64,000 nucleotides of DNA. Source: Eledone cirrhosa. Taxonomy: Eukaryota. The DNA lies in assembly GCA_964016885.1 (NCBI GenBank), contig OZ024742.1:82088001-82152000 (forward strand), given 5' to 3'. The notes under the pieces are model-generated. The model was not told the DNA's origin, did no database searches, and saw nothing but the letters and a program-made list of their open reading frames with translations. Both the position numbers and the translations under genes were made by a program. This document shows, in pieces, positions 17,065 through 32,699 of the stretch (the stretch's first letter is position 1; each line of letters begins with the position of its first letter).

Positions 17065-17115
17065 AGATTCCTGATGATTGCTAATGAATGAAACAGTTCT
17101 AGTCCTGTAGAATCT
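17065..17115 (+). ncRNA. Type I hammerhead ribozyme motif
   Basis: AGATTC-CTGATGA-TTGC-TAAT-GAAT-GAAA-CAG-ttctagtc-CTG-TA-GAATCT: 6-bp stem I, intact core, one mismatch in stem II. Confidence 0.8.
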
Positions 17116-17129
17116 CATCTATATTAAAA

Positions 17130-17299
<170 letters not shown>

Positions 17300-17340
17300 G
17301 AATATAAAATGAAAGTGCTTTTATAAAGGAATTTATTAGG

Positions 17341-17458
17341 TATTGACATATGTCTCTGTAACAGACGGAATACCTATGTGTCGGTGTTTGCGTAATCATA
17401 TATTGTTAGCAAGTATTTGATAGCAAATGTATAATCAGTTGTCACTTCTTCAGCGATA
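17341..17458 (-). ncRNA. Degenerate hammerhead with long loop II
   Basis: TATCG-CTGAAGA-AGTGACA..(~75 nt)..TGTTACA-GAGA-CATATG-TC-AATA. GAAA has become GAGA; stem III is the palindrome ACATATGT. Confidence 0.5.
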
Positions 17459-18831
17459 TTGGATAAATTGGAAAAAATCAGAAAAATTGAAGTATTTATA
17501 TTAGTTGTAAGAAAGGAAGAAGAGAGGGGGTAATATATGACGGATGGCAATTCAACTTGCTGGTAAACAAGTATATAGAAGGTTTTTATTGAGAATACAA
17601 TGAGTATATGGCTTATTTTATCTAAATAAGAATTTTTGGGAGTGCCTATTTTAATCTATATTTGACCAATTGAACAATGGACAGGGCTGGTCGTTTGGTG
17701 TAGTAGAATTAAGGCAGATATAAAGTGACAAGTAAGGAAGAGAGAGATTTTCACTGTTACTGTATAACAACAATGCTGGTAGCCTGCTGGTATATGCATT
17801 AGGGAATTGAATTAAGAAATCTCATTTTATCTATAGCAGTTTATATTAAATGGTAAAGAATAGTTGATAGAATTAAGAGAATGTTAATATGTATTTTGAC
17901 AATCAAACGGAGATGGAGACAGGCGTTCAATCCTGGTAGCGTTTGTAATATGAAAATGTAGATTTCAAGCGATGGTTACAGTATAACGATCGCTCTATTC
18001 TGTTACTTAATAAATTATTTTTTGATTTCATAATACAAAATAATTCCATATTACACAATCTACAAAATTCCTGTCCTTGGGATATGCAGGGGCAGAAACT
18101 ATTATATCCCATTTTATGTTACTTTGTTGGTTATTTTCGCGCAGCTGCCAAGCCTTGACTACGAGTGTTGTTACATAACGCTGGTTTTCATGTTTTATGG
18201 AGTGACGATGTCTATAAAGGCGAGTATATATATATATATATATATATAATATAATATATATATATATATATAAACTTGTGTTCTTGAGGTGGTTATATAT
18301 GAAAACACTAAACTTGTTCTAAAAAGACTCAATGCTGGTGTACAAATATGTTAAGATTGATGTTCTCTTAAAGGTTTGATAGGGCAATTACTATTCACTG
18401 TAGGCCAAATGTTTAGTTGTCGCAGATCTCTATGATATTACTAAAGCACAGAGGAGAGTTGTGTGGTATAGCGTAGTTGATATTTGGTTTTGGGAAAGAA
18501 AAATCTATGAGTAAAAATGTGTGAATAGGAAGGGAGAGATCAAGTTTAGTTTCTTTCAAGCTCAGGAGATCGAAACTAAATTTGTAGACAGATATGTAGA
18601 ATAATAATCTCCCAAGGCACTCTTATAGCTACCCAAACTTTCGAATATTTCTCCATGGGAGCTTTGATTTTGGCCTGAATAAATCATGCATGAATCATTG
18701 TGAAGACATTAACTTGGTATGACTAAACACAGACACGGATGTATGCATGAAATGATATACAATCAACTGTTAAAAGGTCATAGATTCAGACTTATGTATA
18801 TGTGCATACACACACACGAACATTCACACAC

Positions 18832-18909
<78 letters not shown>

Positions 18910-19051
18910 ATACTTTGGGAGGGTCATGTTGCCAATAAGAAACACACGCACCAGTTGCTTTCACTTCAATTTATTATATATTTATAAATTTATAAATTTA
19001 TAAATTTCTGGTTGGCTGGTTGGTTCCACAAACAGATAGTTGTTTATATAT

Positions 19052-19096
19052 AGTCATAGTTCTTTCGTCACACACTCTGTGACCTCTTCAGCGACT
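19052..19096 (-). ncRNA. Minimal type I hammerhead ribozyme
   Basis: AGTCG-CTGAAGA-GGTCACA-GAGTG-TGTGAC-GAAA-GAAC-TA-TGACT. Confidence 0.85.
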
Positions 19097-19610
19097 GGGG
19101 ATTCCTATCTTTGTTTCTGTGCCTCTCCTTTGTTCTGTCCTACGCCATTTTGTTTCTGTGCGTGTGTTGTGTGCTCAGTCTGCGCATGCGCAGACTGATC
19201 ACACAACATCTTCTCTAATTTACACAACATGTTCTCTAATTTACACAAGGGTAAATTAGAGAATATAGAAATAAAAATTGAATCTACACACAGAAAAGAC
19301 GCAATGTTTATACAAATTATAGAGGCAATAAACATAAACATAAAAGAATTACAACCAAAATTAAATAGAAAATATGAGTGGAACAGCAACCTCACAACTT
19401 ACAATTAAGGACAAAATGAAAACACACACACACACATAGAACAAACAATCAACCAGTAACATGTAAATAAACAAATAAATAAATGAACGTAAACACACAC
19501 AGACACCCGGTTGTGGCGCATGCGCAGACTGAGCACACAACACACACACAAAAACAAAATGGCGTAGGACAGAACAAAGGAGAGGCACAGAAACAAAGAT
19601 AGGAATCCCC

Positions 19611-19655
19611 AGTCACTGAAGAGGTCACAGAGTGTGTGACGAAAGAACTATGACT
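19611..19655 (+). ncRNA. Minimal type I hammerhead ribozyme
   Basis: AGTCA-CTGAAGA-GGTCACA-GAGTG-TGTGAC-GAAA-GAAC-TA-TGACT: all core bases present, with stems I and II paired. Confidence 0.88.
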
Positions 19656-19855
19656 ATATATAAACAACTATCTGGTTGTGGAACCAACCAACCAGAAATT
19701 TATAAATTTATAAATGTATAAATATATAATAAATTGAAGTGAAAGCAACTGGTGCGTGTGTTTCTTATTGGCAACATGACCCTCCCAAAGTATAACTATA
19801 TCGGTTTCAACACACGATTTCAGATAAAGAATCTTGCTAAACAAATTCAGAAACG

Positions 19856-19909
<54 letters not shown>

Positions 19910-19918
19910 AAATATAAG

Positions 19919-20278
19919 TATGTACACGTACATATATATATGTATACAGACGTACAGTAGTATGTATATATATATACATACATGCACACATATATATAAG
20001 CACGTATGGATTCACCGAATATTTATTATAATGCTCGATGTGTTTGTAAACAAACATCCCGTATTAAGCCAAAGTGTCTAGCAACCATCGTTGCTCGTTT
20101 GCTCAACACTGACAAAGGAACGCTGTACTAGTTTCAAGCTTATTAGCTATCGTCAGCAACGTATAACTTCCTGCCAAATATGTACACGTACATAGATATA
20201 TGTATACAGACGTACAGTAGTATGTGTATATATATACATACATGCACACATATATATATGCACGTATGGATTCACCGA
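19919..20278 (-). mobile_element. pLTR-like unit with ~95-bp terminal direct repeats and internal hammerhead
   Basis: 19919-20010 is repeated at 20180-20278. A second family member at 35450-35720 is a fold-back. Confidence 0.72.
20120..20162 (-). ncRNA. Minimal type I hammerhead ribozyme
   Basis: ACGTTG-CTGACGA-TAGCT-AATA-AGCTT-GAAA-CTAG-TA-CAGCGT, with palindromic stem III ACTAGT. Confidence 0.88.
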
Positions 20279-20728
20279 TTTCTTCCTGGTTAAAGGTTTC
20301 CCTGAACCGAGGTTTCATTGTATATATATGTATATATATATATATATATATCAATGCTAGCAAATATATAGATTTTGTCTTAATAACAGTGTGGTTCAAT
20401 GCATGGGGTTGCAGAACAATAATATAAGAGACGTAAAATAAGAAAATTATCTTTTTGATTTTGCCACAGACGTAGAGGCAGTGATTTACTCAATGCCTTC
20501 GAATTCAGCCCACGCTTCGCTATTTCCTATCCACTGAATTATTTTTTAATAAGTTTCCAGTGTCCTCGCTTTGCCTGGAAACTTACATGAGAATAGACTT
20601 TCCTGACGACGGAATGCTTCTCCATATTATTCTTCGGAAAATATATTTACTCCATTCCAGAAACTAATTAGTTGGACGTGATATTTTAGTAAGCAAGTTA
20701 AATTTATAATTTTCTTATTTTACGTCTC

Positions 20729-20809
<81 letters not shown>

Positions 20810-20904
20810 AGGGTGTGTGCGCGTCTGTGTGTGTGTGTGAGGGTGTGTGCGCGTCTGTGTGTGTGTCTGAGTATGTGCGTGTGTGCGTGCGTGTGTGTGT
20901 GTGT

Positions 20905-21060
20905 GCAACCATAAATCAACAGGAGATCCAACTAACAACGATAACTACCCATTCTTAATGAAGTAGTGGAAACAGCTGTCAAATCGCTCAAGAAGCGGAA
21001 GTCTGCAGGCGTGGATACCATCCCAGCAGAGCTATTGCAGGCAGTGGAAGGAACCATCAT
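20905..21060 (+). mobile_element. Short RTE LINE fragment (pre-RT region)
   Basis: Translates [32 protein letters not shown]. Confidence 0.7.
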
Positions 21061-22342
21061 AAGCTGGGATACTTCAAATCAACCTGGGTACATTTTCAAG
21101 ACCTGGAGACATATTGTCCTTAAGTGACTTGAAGAGACAATTTATCCCACTCAAAGAGAATACATCAGTTGAGATGTTCAAAGGAGATTAAATTACAACC
21201 CTAGAAAGATAAAGTAAACAGGTGGAAGTTCGCCCAGTAGACACTTGATGTGGTCATCCTAATTCTTCTTGTGTGTCTCTTAGTATATACAGTTGATGAT
21301 ACTGATAAGTCTTTCTTTCCTGCCAGTTAATCCGTTAACAAGAACCTATGCGACGGTATGCTGTGTGTACACATGTAAGAGTTTGAATTCATTATTCGTG
21401 CATTCAACTTATTTTGCAAGAGCAATTCTATATGCCGATCTACATACTTCATGCACGTAGTAATCTGAGATTTCAATATAGATGTTGAATATACTGATTC
21501 GCAAGTTTCTTCAGTAATGTTCTTGCTGAGGTAACCTGATGATGTCTTTTGGTAGTAGTTCGGAGGGAGTGATTTCCTCATTAGCAATGATAAGGTATGT
21601 GTATTTAATTTCAGCAGTGTCATCTAGTCTAGAGAGTTTAAAAAAAGTTCTTGAAGTTGTATAATGCGTGGAATGATCCTTGTTGGAAGGTAACGATCTC
21701 TAATCAACGCTTTTCATGCGGTCAGATATTAAAATCTTTGGGGCGCGTAGACAAAGTTTGCATACATAAAAGATGAGTTTTTTCTTGATATTATGCTGGA
21801 TAACGAAAAATAAGCCTAGGAAGCGTCTATGCTGTATCTCCATTTATTTCTAGAGAGAGATAAATCTAGCTGGGATAAATCTAGCTGAGATAAATCTACC
21901 ATTGGGATAAGTGAATGTCCTTAGCTTGGTTTTCTTTTCCATAAATGTGGTAGTTGAGTATATAGCAGCTTCACCTAAACGTTGTAATAGCACGTGTTTC
22001 GGTGTTGAAGGGAAATAAATCCCACTAGGTCAAACTTGGAATTAACATCTGCGATTTTAAGAAGATTCATAGATGGGACATTATCAATCAAATATTTCAA
22101 AGTTTGATAGAATCGAGTCACACTCTCAAGGAAACTAGTTGTAAAAAAAGCATATGTTATTAATTGTGGGTATATGAAAATATCGCGAATTTAAACCGAC
22201 ACAAAAGGGTTCATCTAATGAAACCCGAAGTAGTTGTTGTGCGTAGCTCGAAAAGCAAGGATTATCACTTGTATTATAGATCCGGTACTACGGACATTGG
22301 ATTAGAATGTCTAAGGAAATATTGATGGGCAAATTCAACATG

Positions 22343-22540
22343 CTGGGCACCCATCGGTAGAGCACCTGCAATATGACTGCATTTAATCAATGATCCAGGT
22401 TCGAACCACTAAGAGTCCCAGCTGGCTAAATGAGAGATGCTTGCTCCTGGAAGGTACCATTCCAGTAATAAATATACAAAGAGTATGTTAAAGGTAACCG
22501 CATGACACAGTTGGAGAAGACTGCGTTAACTGGGCTTTTT
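22343..22540 (+). mobile_element. tRNA-headed SINE remnant
   Basis: A-box-like tcggtagagca and B-box ggttcgaacc, followed by a non-tRNA body. Confidence 0.5.
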
Positions 22541-22891
22541 CTGTAGAGATAAAAAGAGTTATCGATATAATACATATCATTATTTAGTGTGTGAGAAATC
22601 GGAGAACATATTCAAAGTTGTTCATTCTAGCGATTCAATGAAGATACACCTAACACAGACTACAAACACTCACACGCATATACACATCTGTTTTTGTGTA
22701 TTAGTGTTTTTGGCAGACAGATTCAACTGATGGAGTAACATGAAATTGCCATGTCCATAAAGTGAGAAACCTATGAATTCATATGCACAGATACTATTTA
22801 TAACCTGTTTACGCAATAAATCTAATGACTACATATTTAGAATCACACCTGCAAAAAATGCAATTTTACGTATAGAAGCACGATGGGTTTG

Positions 22892-22995
<104 letters not shown>

Positions 22996-23148
22996 AAATA
23001 TATATATACATTTGCTTATGTAATTTCTACAATCCCGAATAAGTTTGGAAGTTTTCAAATAATCTAATTACGAATTAGGTGTCCAGAAAATTACAAAAAA
23101 ACAAGCATACACTACAATATTGTTGAACTCCAGCCTAATATATATCCA

Positions 23149-23257
<109 letters not shown>

Positions 23258-23289
23258 GCACATATATATATATATATATACATACGCAC

Positions 23290-23324
<35 letters not shown>

Positions 23325-24444
23325 TATATACACACACATATATATGTATATTTATGTATATATACATATACATAGATAATAGATATACGCATTTAAATGT
23401 ACATGTGTGTATGTCGGTATGTCTGCATGTGTCTGTACGTGCCTGTGTGTATGTGTTCGTGTGTAAGGCATTCGCATGTGCTTAAGGGAAATCAATGGAA
23501 CATATCCAGCAAATTTCTAAAATAAATAAATCGATAAACACATCCAAATTTCCCCTGAAACTAAACAATACAATGATCAGTAAATTAATGTTTAACTAAA
23601 ACGAATATTCGACGCTCAGTGCAAGCGTTCTGACATTTGGCAAATTGAAACGGGTTTGTCTCCATTGCCTAAGGTTTGAAAGTGAAGATGGTATTTCTAG
23701 AAATAAATTAGTTTTCGTTTAGGTATACGGTTGTTTATAATACTGATCAATAGTTAGAAGCATTCAATGCTAATAATTCCTAGAAGCAAATTTGAAGTTC
23801 AATATTAGTTTGCTTTCTTTTTAGTTTCCTATATATATCTACAATTACAGGATTGGTAGAACCGTTTGGACGAAGAACGAAAGTAGCCTTGCAGCATTTG
23901 TTCCATTTCAGGATGTATTGAGTTAAAATATTGCCCATTTAACTTCGCTATTCATTCTGGTATGGTAGATAAATTGAAATAAATTAGTAAGTTTCATTCT
24001 TGCTATCTTTATAGAAAGCGTCTATATAGATGTAATCGGTCATCTATTAGTTCTCATGAATTTTGAATGTTTAATGAGACGATCCTAAAACATACCATCT
24101 TAAGTATTTTAACGGTAAACTGCGGCAGTAATAGAAATCATAAAGCACAAAGCCTACACAAATATACAGCTATAAAATATTAGCAAATTCTCTTCTCTGG
24201 CATTTTATTTATCAATCAAAAAATGCAATCAGGAAAAAGCTACTTCGAAGATATTTGGATTCACAGAGTAGAGAGTCTATGAAAAATTTGGAAAAATTAT
24301 AAACATATACCCAACATTGCTCTTTTCATGGCTATATTCTACATCTTGACTGAGACTTTTATCATTTCTCTAGTTAGATTTTTAGAGAGAATCATATTTT
24401 AAGAAAGAGACCCATGATTCTCAGTATAACAAAAATACTATCAA

Positions 24445-24636
24445 AACCGTCCAGCAATTTGGGTTGAAACGGTAAGGCCGGTATTATCGAACACAGTACT
24501 TAACAGGTAGTGAAAATTATTAGTGAAAGAAATGCAAAGCTGACACCAGCGGCATTGAAAGTAAGCATATAGAAAGTCAACTAAATGTTGCAATGCAATT
24601 TGTCCGACGCTCTACCAGTTTTGTCAATCAGCCACA
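24445..24636 (-). mobile_element. tRNA-derived SINE remnant
   Basis: Reverse strand has a ggtagagcgtcggac head and a diverged central domain like the other copies. Confidence 0.55.
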
Positions 24637-25564
24637 TTGTATAATGTGTAATAATAGTAATCATCTATATAACCTTATGCTTACTATGATTTTTTTTTAT
24701 TGTTATTTGAAATCTCCGTCCAGCTCGAATATGAGATTTATCACTATAAACCATTGAGGCAGGCAAATACAATTCGGGTTTTAATTGTATGAAATCCATG
24801 TTGGAAAATATTTAAGTAACAATATATGACTCATAGAGCAAAAATATTAGAACCAAAACAGTTAATTATATATCATTTTAATTCATTTACGGTCCCTTCA
24901 TCCATATTTTGAATTGATTCAAAATGAATTATTAATTAATTAATTAAAATAAACCATAAAATTGGAATCATCAAAATTATTAAAATGATGAAAATATAAA
25001 TTAATTACCTGGCAAATAATACAATTTGAAAACACACGAGCACGGCGGTTAAACTATAGCGCTACGAGATATAAATATTGATATTAAACTAGGCACTCAA
25101 GCAAACATGTAATACAATTGTAAGTTTTCAAATAAGAAATACAGGACAAATATATACATAATTGCATATATATATATGTCCAGAATTAGCCGTCGAAACG
25201 GCTTGAGCTCAGCCGTCGGTGTCTTACTTGTTCCTATTACCCACTCTACTACCCTAAGTATTGAGTACTTTGGTGCGTTATGGTCCACCTGGTTCCTTAC
25301 CACATTTCTTTCGTTATATATATATATATATATATATATATTTCGTTTCTGAATTTGATTAGCAAGATTCTTTATCTGAAATCGTGTGTTGAAACCGATA
25401 TTGTTATACTTTGGGAGGGTCATGTTGACAATAAGAATTTATGTTGGGAGGGTCATGTTGCCAATAAATTTATTATAAATTTATTATAATAAATTGAAGT
25501 GAAAGCAACTGGTGCGTGTGTTTCTTATTGGCAACATGACCCTCCCAAAGTATAACAATATATA

Positions 25565-28107
<2,543 letters not shown>

Positions 28108-28120
28108 ATGTATATATATA

Positions 28121-28176
<56 letters not shown>

Positions 28177-28461
28177 CACATATATATATACTTTATACAC
28201 ATATACACCTAAATATACATAAAGACACGCACACACACACATACACACGCACTCACACGCACACAGGCACACGTACACGCACACACACACACATATATAT
28301 ATATATATACATATCTACGCTTACTTACACCACAGGCAGAAATACGCTCACTCAGAATTCTCTAATATGAAAATACGTATGCCCATACATGTACATACAC
28401 ACACCCATATCTATATACATATATATCCATACATGTATATTGATTCGGATACATATAATCA

Positions 28462-28502
<41 letters not shown>

Positions 28503-28589
28503 AATATATGAGTGTGTGTGAGTGTGTATTCATATGTGTGTATATGTACGTCTATTTATATGTATATATATACGTATGTTTGATTGTGT

Positions 28590-29350
28590 ATATATAAATA
28601 TCTTTAATATAATTTCGGATCATTATATAGCCTTATCAGAGGACGTGTATATCCTATAATCAACCACAAACAGACATGTATTTGATGGGAATATATACCA
28701 TATCTCTCTTAATATTATTCAGAATCGGACGTAGTAATTTGCATATTATTAACATATAATTAGTGCTCGCATGGTAATAAAAATAAAGATAAATTGAAAG
28801 AAGTACGCTATCAGCCGATCTCTTTGATATATACAGAGGGTGTAACTGAAAATATACCAACGTGTATCTAATATATAAACATATCTACTATGTAGGCATG
28901 TTATCTTGCCAGAAAACAACAATATCCTCGGAAATTGAAAACAAATAAAACAAAAGCAAGAAACAGATATCGGTTTTCTGATCTTATTGGATCCTTATCA
29001 TGAGGCGTGTTTTCTTGTCGTTGATTGGTTGATACACTCGTCATCTGATGAGTGCACAATAAGATCCGAAAATCGATTAAATATATATTTATACATATAT
29101 TACTTTATCATATACTTCAGCTGCTGGTGCACTCGTTACTATATATTTTAATTAATTACCAACATGGCCACTAATTATATGCAAATTAGTATGCCGATTT
29201 CAGAATATTACGAAGAACGAAGACGTATATATACTCATCAAGTACATGTTACCTTGTGATTTGTTGGAGGATATACACATCATCTGATGAGCATATAGTA
29301 GGATCCCAAAATTGCTGAAAGATGTTTATATTTCTTTTCAATTTATGGGA
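28590..29350. repeat. Old nested inverted repeat with four decayed hammerhead-like motifs
   Basis: ctgatga..gatccgaaa motifs on + at 29045 and 29284 and on - at ~28970-29005 and ~28605-28642. Arm similarity between 28720-28815 and 29118-29200. Confidence 0.55.
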
Positions 29351-30039
29351 ACCTCGTGTTTTCTGGTCTGGCATGGTTATATACCTATACATTGAAGACA
29401 TCCATCTATTTATATATATTCGTGTAGTCTCGGTTACACACCCTGTATCCTTACCGATATAATTTGTATCATATATGTATACAATATAGTTAGTATTTAA
29501 CACGAAGTACGAAGTGATTAGTTGGAGATTATTCGCTTATCTAAATTATGATATGAAATACCACTATATAATGCAGTGATTAAATTGATGAAACCGTAAC
29601 AATGTAGATATGGTTCACACCAATAGAAAAACAGGTGGAATAAGGAAGATTGAGAGGTCGGCATTAGTGTCAATTACTATTATTAACTTTATCTATACAT
29701 GTTAAGTTACGTATATATCGCAGGCATACACTCCTCAAACTCTAATTTCATAACCTCAAAATAAATTACCACTATTAATAATTAATATATACACTCAAAC
29801 ACACACACACATACACACACATACACACACATACACCCACCCACACACCCACCCACACACACACACACATATATATATATGAGTGTATGCATGTATTTAT
29901 GTGCACGTTGAGAAGACCTGTTTTTCATTAAAAACACACCATATATTAATCAACTCGACTCTACTGTTTCATTGCTTATGTTATCTTTCCTATAGTTCAA
30001 GCTTTCTTTTTAAAAGCAGCATTCCAGAAACGTAACCAA

Positions 30040-31720
30040 AAATGAATGCTGTAAAACTTGGCGATGAGCCACTGACCTATCCTGGGCGGCGTGATTTGAG
30101 GCAATGGTGACAACGATATAAATACGAATGGAGATGTTTTATTAGACTTCTCTTCCAGCAATGGACTCTGTATTATGAACACCTTCTTTTAGCGTTCCAA
30201 GGGAAATCAGGAACATAGTTCAATGATTGAGTTGGTTTTTGCCTCTGAACTCTTCGATTCTCTACTGGATGTTCCTGTTAAATGTGGGATTGGACTGTCA
30301 ACTGATAACCATGTAGTTATCTGCAACATGGAACTACCTAAAGCCAAAGTAGCCCACAACATCGGTAGGTTCAGTGCAATTGACAGGAGAAAGTGGTAAG
30401 CGTAGGAGGAAAAGGAATTCATAATCAGATATGCAGATGTTGTTGCATGCTAATAGGGAGTAAAAAGCTTTGTATGACACAGAATGCCGGAAGCCACCTT
30501 GATTCAATCAAGAGGTCAAAGATGCCATCCGAGCAAAGAAGGAGACCTAAACAATTTGGCTTGGAAATACGTCCTCCTTCTTGCCCTTGCAATAAAAGCA
30601 GGGAAGAAGGATCGCAGCAGAGACACTAAAGACGTACAACGTCAATACACCAGGGCATTTGTGGTTAAACTGGAATCTGACTTCAAATCAGCCCATATAG
30701 TGTTCTGGCAGACCATGCACCTACTTCGTAATAAGAAGTCCTCCTTCACACCTGATATTACGAAGGCATATGGGGCTCTACGCTCTTCAGAGAAGTGCAT
30801 CCCCTCGAGTGGGAGTAAATGTTTTCCTGATTTTCTAAACCGATCACAAAAGCATCATCTAATGTACACAAGTTGCATATGAGAACGGTCACTAAACTCT
30901 CTGTGGCTGATGTCACAAGAGCAGTTGAAGATGAGCAATGTGACTTGGCCATTTGGAAAGATAAAATTCGGCACAATAAGTTAAAAGCATTATGTAGAGA
31001 AGGTATTGGCTGGCTGATCCGGCTGTGCCGGATGACTTGGATCTCGGGAGAGGGACCGCAACCAAGCAATGTAGAACGGTCGAGGCAATGGCAATTTTCA
31101 AAAAGGGAAACCATAGAGATTGTTGCATTTAGAGAGGGATCGCCTGATTAAGCCTCCCCGGTAAAGTATATGTTTAGTGTCTGGCAAGATGATACAGGGA
31201 GATTGCCGGGTCAAAGAGATGTGATTTTTCACCCAGACGCAGCATACACAACTAAATATTCACCCTGCAGTAGGACTTCGAGAAATCTGGGATGTATTGC
31301 CAAGAAGTGTATTCGTGTTATGTATACCTCGAAAATGTATATGAACGCTTTCAGAGTCACGTGCTGTGGAAAGTTGTGCTGGAGTATGGGAAAGATGGTC
31401 AGCTTCTTGCTAATCTGTCTCTAAACGAAGGCTCGAATATTTTCGTTCGGATGATGCTAAATCGAAACCATTCAATATGGGACTTGACCTCCATCAATGG
31501 TGCGTACCGCTACCTGTCCTGATCATTATTTTCATGAACAGAATTGACATGCGCCACCTGATTTTAAGTGGTAACTTGAATATTGGGTGTAAAATCAGTC
31601 GGTTGGAATTTGCAGACAATATGGTTTATTCGACAGAAGGTGATCTCCGACTTGAATTTGATGGCTAAAATGAAAATGACTGCTGCGAAAACTAAACCAT
31701 GCATCCTCTACATGTGAATG
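30040..31720 (+). mobile_element. Old RTE-clade (Expander/Rex3-like) LINE fragment, APE to RT
   Basis: NGDVLLDFSSSNGLCIMNTFF, VKCGIGLSTDNHVV, RGI..SLPGKVY and FADNMV, with many stops and deletions. Confidence 0.75.
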
Positions 31721-32017
31721 GAGTTCCACATATGTGTGTTTGTGCGTGTGTACGTGTGATTATGTATGTTGTGCGTGTTTATGTGTATATACAGGTATAT
31801 ATATATATATGGCTGCCTATGATTTTATTTATATGGTGTATATTTATATATTTTCCGTTTTCGTTTTCAATTGTAAAAGTTGGTAATAAAGTCTTATTCT
31901 ATACATTTACTCACGAAAAATCATGTTATCTATTTTTGTTTTTATAATAAACAATAGTGGTTACCTTCTGCCTTACACTGTATGTTTAAAGATGAGTGGA
32001 CGTTATTACTTATTATA

Positions 32018-32122
32018 TAATCCCGCCGAGATTGAGATTGCCTTTCATCGTTACGGGCTCGATAAAATAAAGTACCAGTAATGCACTGGGAAATTGTTGG
32101 CCTTGTGCCTAAAGTAGAAACA
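32018..32122 (+). mobile_element. tRNA-derived SINE fragment (central domain and 3' part)
   Basis: ccgccgag..ttgcctttcatc..gggctcgataaaataaagtaccag..ggccttgtgcctaaagtagaaac. Confidence 0.7.
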
Positions 32123-32699
32123 GTTATTACTTATTATATTGATTTTTTAAATTTCAAATTTTAATTTATTGATATTATCGTTTTGGGATTATTTTATTTA
32201 TTTCGGTAACGCGTGTAGAATAAAACAATATTAAATTTCTAAGAACCTTTGGTCTTCCTTAAAATACATATTAATGCTCTGCTTGTTATGTTCCAAACTT
32301 GGGATGTTACTTCATTGGGTTTATATTGGATTAATTTAATTTGCATGGTTAATAATCATCGCAAAACATTAACCTTCCCAGTATCGTTTTTAGTCAAATT
32401 TATGTGTATATCATCATGCAATCCACAGCGAAAATCTAGGTTTGGCAAGTTTGGTTAATATTTATATTAGACAGTCTAGGACGGTGAATCGCTCCACCTA
32501 TAAATCATCTTTTTTCATAATATATTATGTAGCAATTAATTAGTCTTTTTTTTTAAATCAGAGGTATTGTGATAGGAGCATTAGGAAAGCAGGATAAGTT
32601 TAGTATTGGTGAACGGAAAGGTAGAATCCCGGATGTATGTAGAACACATGAATTTATATTGAAATTAATTCAGTAAAATCGCCACATTTGCTTAGATTT

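Larger units (their letters stand above)
18903..19860. mobile_element. ORF-less fold-back element (non-autonomous PLE derivative) with ~290-bp inverted arms
   Basis: 18903-19191 and 19516-19800 are reverse complements, with (AT)n on both sides. Same termini at 25340-25560. Confidence 0.88.

Noticed and set aside
20603-20650. CTGACGA...GAAA hammerhead-like string
   Set aside because: No convincing stem I or stem II closure.
22343-22410. tRNA gene
   Set aside because: A/B boxes only; no cloverleaf, and it continues into a SINE-like body.
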